From NCBI GenBank assembly GCA_002189035.1, contig CM007992.1:2790001-2854000 (forward strand): a stretch of 64,000 nucleotides of DNA, in the 5' to 3' direction. Both the position numbers and the translations under genes were made by a program. Positions 11,995 to 23,813 of the stretch are shown here, piece by piece (positions within the stretch are counted from its first letter, which is position 1; every line of letters starts with the position of its first letter). Under the pieces are notes generated by a model. That model worked only from the letters and a program-made list of their open reading frames with translations, had not been told where the DNA came from and did not search any database. This DNA comes from Utricularia gibba. Taxonomy: Eukaryota > Plantae > Magnoliophyta.

Positions 11995-13580
11995 ATGGTA
12001 AGTTATTCGTTTCATCAATACAAAAACCTCGCTTGTGTAGTTTTGGAGAGAGATCTAGTGTCTGTTTCAAACAGCGCATTGCATCATCCTGTTGTTTCTA
12101 CGATATTGCACAATAGCTCTACTTATTTCCCGGTTATGTTAGCTCCGCCTGGAAAATTGACTAAAACTCATTGCTTGATGATTTTTATGGAAATGAGGGG
12201 TCTGTTTATTTAACTTGCTTTTTGTTGTTTTTAATTTTTTCGTATAATGATTAACAGGCTAGAGGGAATGTTTGCCGTTGATTCTCATTTGCGAAACAGA
12301 CTGAAGTATGCCTTGACCTATAGTGAAGTCATTGCCATCTTGATGCAACGCTGGTTCTTGTTGATAACAAGGTCCGAGCTGACAAGACATATCCTGCAGG
12401 ATTCATGGGTATGCTTTCTTTCCTTTTTATAATAGTTTCTAGTTGACTTCGCATATTTACATGATCTGTTTTGTCTGCGTTATTGGATGAAAGTGATGAA
12501 AGCGAATGAATTATCTGATGGTTTACGCCATGTGCTGGAACCAAACTTTTTTCGCTACGTTCTTTCTGATTCATCCTTGTTCATTGTTGGCTAAAATTGA
12601 GGTTCAAAAATCGATTTGGGTGATACGAAAATCTTTTGGAAGATAAATCGACTGTAACTGGTTAACCACGCACTGGTGCCTGACTGACGAGGACATGATG
12701 CTCGACAAATTGAATCCTTTGTGGGGCTTCCAGAGTTTGCCCATTTGTTTATTCAGCTTTGTGTAATTCATTTAAAATGGCATTGGGCAGTAACGTGAAA
12801 TTCTGGATAACTACATGGTACGCTTTCATCTGTTGCTGTTACATGGTCCCTCGAAAAAAATATATTGCAACAACTGGCAGTGAATGTTCATAGTCACTCG
12901 GGGCTTTGCTAACGTAGTTTTTGCCTGACAATTATTCCCAATTTTTTTTTAAAAAAACTTGGCACCTTCTTTCTATCTTAGATGTTGTCTCTATTCCGAA
13001 TACCAATGAGAATTTTCGTCTTCTGCATGACACAAAGGGCCGTTTAAGCTGCACTCAATCAGGGATGAGGAGACAAAGGTTCGTTTTCGCTTACTTGTTT
13101 TTTCTGAGATATGTCAAGCTCCCGCATTTTGCCTTAGGGAATCCACTCTTCCTTACATTTCCGTTTAGCATCTTTTAAATTATTTATCCTTGCAGTTCAA
13201 GCTATGCAAAGTTCGGTCAGTCCAATTCGGGAAGGGAATCCCATACCTGCGCACTTACATGGGAGAACTATTCTGACCCGCCCATCAAGGCCAATGACAC
13301 CATTAAGCTTGACTTTTGAGGAGAACAAAATTATCGACTTCATCAAGTTCGATGTGGGCAATGCTGTGATGGTTACGGGCGGAAGAAATCGAGGGCGTGT
13401 TGGGGTGATCAGAAACAGAGAGAAGCACAAGGAAACCTTCGAGAAAATCCATGTGGAGGATGCTACTGGTCGTGCATTTGCTACCCGACTGAGCAACGTC
13501 TTCTCTATCGGCAAAGGCATCAAGCTGTCCATCATTGAAGAGTCCAGGAAAAGGCTTGCTGCCCAGTCGGCTGCCGCTTG
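11995..13580 (+). pseudogene. RPS4: 40S ribosomal protein S4 (eS4) pseudogene, copy 1
   Basis: ATG-only first exon (ATG|gtaag). Exon 2 ARG fused by deletion to CLPLIL.RNRLKYALTY...TYPAGFM. Then [55 protein letters not shown] and [13 protein letters not shown], with several frameshifts. Confidence 0.92.
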
Positions 13581-14153
13581 TGTGGCGAGCAGTTGGAGAC
13601 GTCGGTATGCTCCTCTTTTCCTGTACTTGAGAGCATTCCGCTGATGTTTTCCTCACCTTCAAGACAAGCAGCATATAATGACTGATGTCCGTCCCATTCG
13701 ATCGTTCCTTGGGCAACGCAGATGTGCCTTTTATGTGTAGTCAAGTTTAGTGCAAACTCAAGTGCAATTCAAGTTTCCGAAATTGTGGAACAGATTGAAT
13801 CCAAGAATAGATGGCTTCCTGTAGTAAATTAAGAATTGTTTTATATTGAAGCCCAGGTACAACAGCTTATTTGGCAGTTGACTCGAATAAACAAGTGTAA
13901 TTAAGACAGGTGTGGGACAGCTTATCGGAGAACTTTTCTGCAATAGAAGTCAGATGACCATTAGCTTGATCCGACGGCTGTCCGTGCTCCGGATCCCAAC
14001 CTGGCACTTGAATTCAACCAATTCCAGCTACTAAATTTTTGCGTTTGTTTCGAGTACTCCGCCATCACTGCCGTTCATCCTTACCGCAAATCTCTCCCAG
14101 ATTCTCAGGCGGGCAGAGCAGCCCACCGACGTTTCCTTTGCTTGTTGGGTTCT
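12715..14153 (+). repeat. End of tandem-duplication copy 1 (RPS4 3' part plus ANTH upstream region), paralogous to ~31447-32681
   Basis: Collinear similarity by eye, e.g. ctccgccatcactg.cgttc.tcct.acc.caaatct...tctcaggcggg.agagcagcccaccgacgt at ~14058-14131 and ~32586-32660. Confidence 0.9.
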
Positions 14154-14409
14154 GGAATGGCACGCATGTTGGTGGTGGAGAGGATAGGCTGCTAACTGAC
14201 ATGTATGTTAAATTTCTTCATCATTTAGAAATCATGCTAAAAATAGAGTTAAAGAATGAATACTTTGGAAAATTATAACAGCATAGCGCAAATTCAAGAT
14301 TATTGGACGGATTAATGAGGGTAGAATGATTTCAGACAAGGGTTTTACCTAAACATGAAGGATTTGGAAAAAATTCCACAATGGCTTTGAGGGATTTGGA
14401 ATAGGCTAG

Positions 14410-16826
14410 ATGGAAGCTTTGCGATGTAATATCCAATCGGCGTTTTTTTCCAAGAGGCTGCCTTTGCTCAATTTCCAGAAGCCCAACTCGTGTTATTGTT
14501 TAAATCCCAAGGTAAGTGAAACTTCAACTGGTGCGTTCCGGTACAACGTGATTGAAATTATTAGAGATTTGATCGTACAGCCTTTCAAATCGCAGTCACG
14601 AAGATGTGTTCTTGGCATCTCTCGCAGAGGTCTCCATGTGCGTGCCATGCTTGATGTACTGAGTCTCTTTTCTTTTTGCAAACCATCTACTCAGATTTCC
14701 CATAAAGTCATTTTGATTGTTTCAGTTTGTGTATTTCCTCCAAATAGGATTCTTTTGGTGGTTTTGAAATTGAGGATTGGGGTGATAGTAGTAGACCTGT
14801 TGAGTACATTGTTTCGTCCAGCGAAGGCGAAGACAGTGATGGGGAAATCCTTTTACATCCAATATCTGATATTGATTTGCCTACCACGAAAGAAAGATTG
14901 CTTTCTACAGATGACTCACTAACAGTAACTGCACATCGCCTTGGGACCCTTGGTAGAACATCGGGCAAAAAAAGGTGAGAAACATGTGGATTTCATACTC
15001 ATGGCCTATAGAAATGCTTAGTTCTATAATGCTTTGCTATGTGCCATAGATTTAAATTAGCTTCTTATTACAAGATTATGTTTGGCATTAATGAGATCAT
15101 TTTTCCTCTTGCAGTACTAGTTATATGAACTATGTTGGGCTTGCACTGACATCAACAACAATTCTTTTAGTTGTGGATCAATATGCATGGAGAATTGTCC
15201 GAATGCCTCTAGCACCATTTTATTTAATGCGACCATTTTTAGTAGCATTAGTTTTGGTGCCTTGTTTTGGATATATTTTCTTGCCACTATTTCGTATGCT
15301 GAGTCTTGGATCAGCAATACGCAAGGGGGCACCTTTGCATTTTTCTAAAAAGGCAAACCTATCAATGGATAGAATATTTTTCATACCTATTGGTATACTT
15401 GTTGCTGAAGCAGCAGTCAAGTTTTCTTCTAAGGAAGTTTTTGGTATTGCTGCTACAATGATTTTGCTTACTTCTATTGGCGTGCTAGCTAATTATTTTG
15501 GTATAATGGAAAAGATCAACGACCTCCCTACTTGGGCAAGGCATTTTATTGAGGTTGAACTGTGACTTTTGAGACTTAATTATGCTTTCTATTATTTTTT
15601 TCTTGTCATCATTCAGATTTTTAATCTAAAATGAAATTGTTTTCAGGTTGCTGTTGGAGCATGTTTTTCATATTGGATGTACACCACAGACATATCGACA
15701 CCATATAGCATGTAACATCTTTTCTCTTTTGATAGGAGATCCATACCATTTTCTTAATGAAAAATTTAAGTCATTTTGATTGCTTTGAAATTTCTTAATC
15801 TCTGAGACTCCATACAATATTTTTCTGATTTACTTGAACTATCGTTTTATTGAAGTTTTGTTTTTCTTAATGTGTTTGAAGTTTCAATCCATGCCTCTAC
15901 TTGTAAAGTTTTTATTGAACTAGTTTGAAAACAATCTGCTCTTCTTATGAGTGAATTAGCATCATCATTGTTGGTTTTCAGGAAAATGGTAGTTCCTCTA
16001 CCACCACCTTTGGGCCTTATTTGTGCCAGAAAATTTTATCCCATCTTGTGTTCAATGTGTTTTGCTTCCACGGTAAATGGTGTTGAGTTGACTAATGGGC
16101 TTGATGGATTGGCTCTTGGCACCGCTGCTCTTGCATTCATTGGAATGTCAATTGTTGTTGTTCCTATATGCTCGGGCAAGTACATGCTATCATCATTTTT
16201 CTAAGCTTATCAAGATTGTCAGCCATCATTGAATTTTCATCCTGTTAAACTCACACTTGAGTGGAATTAAAGCTGAATCGCTTCTTAAAACAAACTAGAA
16301 AAATAACATTTGTTCTGTTTTCTCATTGATTGTTGAATGATCATTCTCAGAGTTATCTATATTTGGAGCTTCAATGGCTGGGGCATGCATTGGTTATCTT
16401 CTATATAGCCATCACAACACTTGTGAATCCCTTGGCCACACTGGAGCTTTGGCACTTGGTGGAGCTCTTGCTGCAATGGCTTCTTGTACGGGAATGTTCC
16501 TCCCATTGCTGATTTGTTCTGGAGTATTTCTAGTCGAAACACTCTCGGTCATCACACAGGTATGCAACTCATGTATTGCTATGTTTTGCCATTAACCTCG
16601 AATCCCATCTCAACTTCAACTCATAGGAGACTAAATTCCTCAGATATCTTGGTTCAAAGCAACTAGATTTATTCATGGAAAGGGATACAAATTGTTGAGA
16701 ACAGCTCCTCTTCATCATCACCTAGTATTATATGGGATTCAGCAGTGGAAAATTGTTGCTGCTGCTTACTTTGTTTCATCTGTGCTCATCGTCTGCGCCT
16801 CGTATGTGGGTTTATCTTCCCTTTAA
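14410..16826 (+). CDS. MRAY: MraY homolog, copy 2; 8 exons, 497 aa, plastid transit peptide-like N-terminus, divergent catalytic motifs
   Basis: Exons 14410-14511, 14581-14655, 14748-14974, 15115-15553, 15647-15711, 15982-16175, 16351-16559 and 16644-16826 join in phase (1494 nt) without stops. Motifs [67 protein letters not shown] and PLHHH match plant MraY (Arabidopsis TRANS11 type). Confidence 0.9.
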
Positions 16827-16937
16827 CAGGCTTGAGGTTCCAACTGGTCTTCACCAGAAATTACATGCACAATAAGTGTTCATGGATTACAACATGAGCC
16901 ATGCAAACTCTGTAGTTATCCTCACATTATAATTTTG

Positions 16938-17957
16938 TTACTCCATTTGTACATTTAACCTTCTGAGCTACACAGAGTGCAAGATCATCGTAAACATGTC
17001 AAATCTACGAGCTGGACGATTCAAAACAAAATGCCTTCTTATAGCTCTCAATCCTCTCGTCAGCTTTTGATATTCTGCCTCTGATATTCCTCCGATCAGC
17101 TGCTTCAACCGAGGATGTCTTACACACTTGCTCCCACCGAAAGTGATCAGAGAGTATCAAAGGAATGCATTCAGCGTACATGGCTTCCACAATTCTGGGC
17201 TGGTTGCTTCGTAGTCACTTGGGCATAAATAGAACTTGGATCATAGCATGTAATCATAGTTAGATAATTAGTGACCTTGAGATCTGGATCCTTGTCTTTC
17301 CAGTGTGTGAGAAGGGTCTCACGGATGTGTCCATGGCTTCCTCCTACAAAGAATGTGAGATAGGGGTGGGCAGATGACATAGGAGGAGGAGTGGAGACGA
17401 GCTTCTGATTGACCGAACCTTTGTAGAGATAGAGTTTGGGTAAACTTACATCTTTTTCATAGATTGAAGCCCTCAGAGGAGTTTGCATTGCAAAGCACAC
17501 GAATGTAGGTGTGGTTTAGAAATTCATTCCCCTTTGATGCAGTAGGTGCTTGAAGAACAACAACATGCCATGTGGAGATAAGTAGCACATCTCACAACAT
17601 AGATCAACCCACCCACCCAATCATGATAGGAGAGCATGAAGTGATCAGCTCCTTGTATCATATTCCAGAAGGGATGCTTGGTGGAGATGAGCCTCACGTA
17701 ATCATGAACAAACTCTTGCAAAGGGGAGACATCGTATGTGTGAGATTTGTATAGGAACCGTACCATCCATGTTACACTGAAACGGCATGAAGAATACGTG
17801 CACTGATTTCGGATCGCTGGTTTAAATGGGATTCATTCCACTTTCCATCTCGTCTATGAATCTGCCTTCGTTGGATTATATGTCCTTGCAAGAACCATCG
17901 TGCACTATGGGGAGCTCCCCTTCTTAGTATATAGAAACCTTGAATCTTCTCTCCATC
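16938..17957 (-). pseudogene. GT47/exostosin pseudogene, 5'-truncated paralog of 8003-10045
   Basis: Collinear with 8003-9080 (MVRFLYKSHTYDVSPLQEFVHDYV, HGHIRETLLTHWKDKDPD) but has frameshifts and internal deletions; similarity stops near 17957. Confidence 0.9.
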
Positions 17958-19461
17958 TAACTTTTAAGATGGTAAAATTGCATTATTTATAAATTGTTCA
18001 TGGTCAAAATTATAATTACTTATAGTTGGTTTGGTTGTGTAAACTACAATAATGTGATATAATCTTAATTGCCTTTAAAGTAAGCGATACTAATTGAAAC
18101 TAACAAATAAATGAAATATTATAATAATTATGTTGAACTGAATGAATATATATTAATTAAAACTCTCTAACTGGTAAAAATTGAGATAAGTTTGAAGCGC
18201 ACTTTTGTCTCAATACTTTTCGATTTTCTCACAACCCATTTGTTTTTTGGATTGTAAATAGATCCCCAACTCTTTTCTAGTTGTGCAATTTAAAATTGTG
18301 AGATTTCCTCAAAACCTTAGGCTCAGCCTGCCTACACGCACTAGAGGCTTTTGGGATCGGATTTGCACTGCCCTCCCTACACGAATAGTCCTTTGTGTTT
18401 CAAAAGCCATTCGAAAACTCAACCTTATCTAACAAATTAAACCATGTGCGACGTGAGGCTCAGCTCATTCTCAAGTTCATCAAGACCAATGGAATATCAT
18501 CCCATAAAAGATATTTGAAATGTATTTCAAATAGCAATATGGAATTCTACACCTTTTCTAAAATACTAAATTTCCAACAGAAATGCAATCTAAGCATTCT
18601 TTTTGTAACTTTCTACTCAACAATCCATCTCATACAATAAGAACAACTAAGTTGCATCTTCCTCATTATCCAAGAGAGACTCTGTGGATTATGAGTTGCG
18701 TCCAATAAATGATGCCAAATATTTCAGAGTTTGCTAATGTTTATTTTGATTTTTTCAACATCAAGCTACTTTGAGTTATTCTTAAGAAATCAATCAATCT
18801 GATAATGATTGATCACTTAAAAAATAGGAAAGCAAGGTGCTAGAGAGAATTTGCACTAGGGTTTAGGGTGCTTTTCAATGTTTCCAAAAGTTGTTTTGCC
18901 TTCTTTGAGGTGCGTTTCAATGTTTCCAAAAGTCCTTAAGTTCATTTTTCCTTGTGATATTTATACTCGTATATACACAAATGTTGAGATAGTAATTTCC
19001 TCCTTTGCTATATTTTTCTAATCATATCTCTAACATGGGAATATGTTCTCATTTTTTATTAAAAGATTGATTTTTGTTGCACAAATCATCAACATAGGCA
19101 AAGGTACCAAGGAAACTATTGACATGTTCATTAAAGCATTGAACATCAATATAGTTTATCATGTTATGTATAAGGTTGGTATTTGAGATATATATGGCAA
19201 TTCAAGGGGTTTGGATATTCATGATATGAATGTAGATATTATATGACAAATTTCATGATGAAATAAAACATGGAAGTTTTCCAAATTCTATTTATAATTT
19301 TATTGTATGCATTTCCTATCTATAAGAAGAACGTTATTCAAATTAGATATTCAATTTCAAATTGTTTTTATCATACTCCAAAAGTTTAACAAAGATGTTT
19401 TTTTATATTATTTGAACAATCATGCTATGAGGTGAACCATTTTTCTTTGACCGGGTGAGGT

Positions 19462-22400
19462 TGATAACACACAAATTTTTCTATTTTTACTGTATTAAAA
19501 TTATAACCTTTTAATTATGTTTTAGGTGTTTATTTTGTGGTTCTAATTATTCTATAATAATTAAGGAAATATGTGATTTTTGTATGTTTGGTGTGCTAAA
19601 TCCTTTGATTTAACCCACTTCATGTTATTAACCCTTTTTGAGCCCAGCAGTAAGTTTTAAAAATCAAGGGACAAAACAAGGATTTTATGCAAGCAACCAG
19701 TTTGTAGAACGAGCATCATAAAAAAACGACAATGAGTGCATTTTGACAATAGTAGACTGCAAGTTCTAGCAAGAACACCACTGTGTTAGGAACAGTGTAT
19801 TGGAGAAAGAGAGAAAAGATATTTTGGAGTGAGAGAAGAAAGAGAACACAGAGAGAGCTCTTTTAGGAGGCTCCAATATGATGAATAACAAAAAAAGGAA
19901 GATGTTGAACAAATGAGTCAAGAATCATTGCATGAATATTGAGAAAAATTTAATCATCTTTTATTTTCCTATTTGAACCATGTGTTTGAAACTAATACCT
20001 TGGTCAAATATTTTTATGATGTACTTTTATGGACAGATATAGCCATGGTAGATTCAACGTTGGGAGGATTTTTAAGGAAAAAGACACCAACCAAAGCTCT
20101 TTCCTTGTTTGAGGAGTTATCTGAACATTCAAGACATATTATTCAGAAGCAGGCCTCAAACAAGAGAGTGTTCAAAATAGAGAGTAAGCCGAAGGTTTTA
20201 GAGACTGAGCTCACGAAAAAAGTTACTTCTATGTCAGAAATGATGAAATAGCTGCTCTTATTGAAGTCAAAGAACATGCTGTTTGAAAATTGTTACAGAA
20301 CAAGTCATGTTGCTGATAAATGCCCAAATTTATTTGAAGAGGAGCAAAGTGGCTATGGGATATTTTTCGTCCCCGCAGAGAAAGAAATATAATCCATATT
20401 CTAACATATACAACACAGGTTGGAGGGATCATTAGAAATTTCGTTAGAGCAACAATGAAAATTACTATAAAGGGGAGAGTTCAACAATGAGGCAGCAAAC
20501 TTTTCAGGAGCAAAGATCCTACCAGGCGCCTCCATTTTGAAGGTAAAATCTGTAGAGCCAGTAGCAATTTCAAGCCGCAAATCAATGCGATGTTGGAGGG
20601 AGTGCTGGAAATTCTTTGAAAGAAATGTTGAATACATTCATGGTGCAATCAATTAAAAATCAAACTGAAAATCAATAAGTCATCCAGAATTTGAATGCTC
20701 AAGTGAGTTAGTTAGCAATAGAGAAGGAGAGTTGAAATAGAAAGAAAGTTTACCATCTCAACCCAAGTCAAACCCAAATTCTAGTGGAGGGCCAAATATC
20801 AGCACCATGACCCTTAGAAATGGAAAAGAAAAACCTAGATGAGAACTGGTCAAAACTAAGACTAAGGAAAATGAAACAAAAGAGTACGAAGTTGTTATGC
20901 AGAGTGAAGACGAAGTTGTACTCCCATAGCTTGTCACAATGAAAATGACCCAACCTAGTTTTCCAGGAAGATTGAAGTTGAGAGAAGAGCAAAACGAGAA
21001 GGAGAAAATATTGAAAGTATTGAGAAACACTCAATTAAATTTAAATCTCTTCAAGTATATTGATCTTGCGCCAAAGAGTGTCAAATATTTGAAATAGCTA
21101 TGTATGTCCAAACACAAGATGAAGGAGAAAGGGAAGGTGAAATTAAGTCAGAGCTGCTCAGCATTTGTCACATGGAAACTACCTAAAAAATGCAAGGATC
21201 CGAGTACGTTTTGCATCCCATGCAAAATGGCAGATTTGTGCATCAACAGAGCTATGGCATACTTGGGAGCTTCTATAAATGTTATGTCGAATTTTGTTTA
21301 TGGGGCCCTTATGTTAGGACCTTTACAAGTATCGGTAGTACAAATTGAGCTAGCATATAGAAGAGTAATTTCTCCCAAGGAATTGGTTGAGGATGTATTA
21401 GTGAAAATTGAGCATTTAGTATTTCCAACTAATTTTCAGATTCTCCTGAAAATCATAGCAAGGGGAGATGTGATAATGGAGAAAATAGCATCGGAAGAGA
21501 ATGTGGCTAATCCACTTACTAAGCCTATGAATCAACAACAGTTGGATCGTTATCTTGAGAAGATGGGATTGAGATACTGTAGTGAATGGCTTTAACTTAA
21601 GTGGGAGATTGTTGGAAGTATGCTTAAAAGCCATGTAATCTAGCATCCCATAATTGTTGTTCTCTCTTATGGCAATGTCCAGAATTACATATTTGGAGAA
21701 TGTATTTTTAAGTTGTTAAAAATATTTGATAGATTCTCCTATAACATGTATATTCAAAATGTTCGCAATTTGAATACTTTGTTTGGGCATCATAGTTGGT
21801 TTAATTGTCACCTCTATTTATTTTTCTATGTTGATAAAGTGTTTATCAAGATACAGTAAGCAGTGGGTCGAATGGTGCTTGACATGAGATGTCAGAATAA
21901 TCATGCAGGGGCTCATGAGATGAGTTGATCGAACATGTGACGTTGAATAACATATGCATGGTATTTTACATATGTCAACATAATGTTATTTAGATTGCTT
22001 TATGAAAGTCCTTCGACTTGAGGTTTCATTGTGTCTTATATATTATTGCCTTAGATTTGTTGCTATTTAGGCTTGTTGAAATATACAAGTCAACGATAGT
22101 GATGGTCTAAGTTGATAATGCATGAAGATCTCTGAATAACCAAGATAGGATTCATTACTCCGGGTAAACAGAGATGAAACTTCAGATTTCCTGATTGTTT
22201 CGTCGGGTTAATTCCTGGCCAGGTTATCGAGATATTGGACTGAGATTCCAAGTTCTCGTTTTACCGTCGAAACATGTGTTCATGATAGTATGAATGATCT
22301 AGATAAAATGGAATTTGACTATCTATGATTCCATTCTAGATCGAAGTTTCTAATGAAGGGATATTCATAAGGTTAGCAATCAAGGTTCATCGTTGAATAT

Positions 22401-23713
22401 CGTATTCAGTTTGGATTGGGTAAATACAATATGCTATGCTAGACATCCCTTGTATTTTATGAGAGACACGATATGTTGGGACAATATCATTGTTAGAGAA
22501 ATGAGATTTCTCGCCTCTCATTACTAATTAAAAATGAACCTAGTGAGTCACACACACAAAGAACTAAAAATTGTCCAAGATGCTAGTGATTCAAGTTTTG
22601 GTAGACTCTATGTTTTTAAACTTGGATCACAAGTTGGTTAAATATTGGTTGTATGGGCTCAAGCTCATATTGGTAACCAAGGCCCAAAATAATATGGGTT
22701 GATGATTTGGACCATGAGGCACAAGCCCAAGCCCACATTTATTAGCCCATATTGAAAAGCATGTCGCATTAAAATACGTGCCGGCATTTGGCTATAAATA
22801 AGAGTCAATTGGTCTACTTCCCAAGCTTTTGAAGTTCTTCTGGAAGAGGTGTTCAAGCTTCGAAAGAGGAAAAGCGATCAAGGAAGAAACGAGACCATGA
22901 ATAGCGATGCGAAGAAGAGAACTCAACTCTGGTTTCGAGTTTGGTAATTTTCTTCGCTTATCCTGCATGTTTCTTCAATGTTGGTGGTCAGTGTTAATAT
23001 GAGATATTAGCATTGGTATCATTATGTTTTTCCCAACATATTGATTCAAGAGTTGAATCAAATATTGGTGCTAATATGAGATATTGGCATTAGACGCATG
23101 TTTATTCCATGAGATGGTTTAAACATATATTGGGCAAAGTGTATATGATACATTTGTTGGTTTTAACCTAATCGGATTGATTTCTAGTTTATGTGGACGA
23201 GCTAGAGGCATCATAGGTTCAATGCTATTGGCGATATGAGATATTGCTGGTTAAGAAAAGGGAAAATTTTTGTTTTTCCTAGCTTCTGCTGCGCGTAACC
23301 CGACACTGCTCACGCTCACTAGAACATCAAAGGACATGACCATTATCTTAGAGAGACCATTTTTGAGTACTTCAAATGCTATCATTAATGTGAAGATGAG
23401 AACTATTGAGCTCTCTTTTGATGAAGACAAAATCACCTAACATAAATTATGTGAAAAATTACCCCAATGATTTCGAGAGTTTTTGTATTGTAGACGTTAC
23501 CGATGGACTCATTAAGAAGTACTTGAAGAAAGAAATTCAAGAAAAGAAGAGGTTCATGAGGAATATCTTCTGGCAAAATTTGAAGCTGAAGAGAAATATG
23601 AGCAACAAAATGCGATGCAAGATAAGACCAAAGAAGAGAGCTTAATTGAATTCAAACCAAGGAACCCTATTATCATCTCCAGTAGTCTAAGCTCAGAACA
23701 AGAGTCACAATTT
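19462..23713 (+). mobile_element. Ty3/gypsy Athila-like element, truncated (partial 5' LTR, gag, protease), interrupted by a copia fragment
   Basis: Starts TGATAACACA, the same terminus as the LTR at 30789. gag remnant LVKYFYD..MVDSTLGG..KKTPTKA. Protease KDPSTFCIPC...RAMAYLGASINVM...IELAYRRVISPKELVEDVLVKIEHLVFPTNF resumes at ~23315 (RTSKDMTIILERPFLSTS). No RT or integrase seen. Confidence 0.85.
21440..23038 (+). mobile_element. Ty1/copia (Angela-like) 3' fragment: RNase H end, PPT and 3' LTR (21610-23038)
   Basis: RGDVIMEKIASEENVANPLTKP...MGLRYCSEWL*, then PPT aagtgggagat, then LTR TGTTGGAAGTATGC...TTCCCAACA (~1.43 kb) with TATAAATA at ~22793. Confidence 0.85.
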
Positions 23714-23813
23714 AGGGAATCCGGCTTCTTGTTGAGCAAAGGAGTGTTGATACCTGATGGATGCAACGGCTTGTTGGTTAGAAGCTTGATCCTGATGCAA
23801 TAATCCTCCATGT
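23714..23813 (-). pseudogene. COPT5: ~100-bp remnant of a second COPT5 copy
   Basis: agggaatccggcttc.tgttgagca.aggag.gttgatacctga.ggatgca.cgg.ttgttgg matches 11378-11478; translates [33 protein letters not shown] versus [33 protein letters not shown]. Confidence 0.88.

Noticed and set aside
12699-12716. MLDKL-coding string, like an out-of-order RPS4 exon piece
   Set aside because: Only ~15 nt, inside an intron, and the paralogous position differs; likely chance.
12430-12920. Possible C/D-box snoRNA in the RPS4 intron (TGATGA and CTGA words)
   Set aside because: No terminal stem or recognisable rRNA antisense element; box words are expected by chance in AT-rich DNA.
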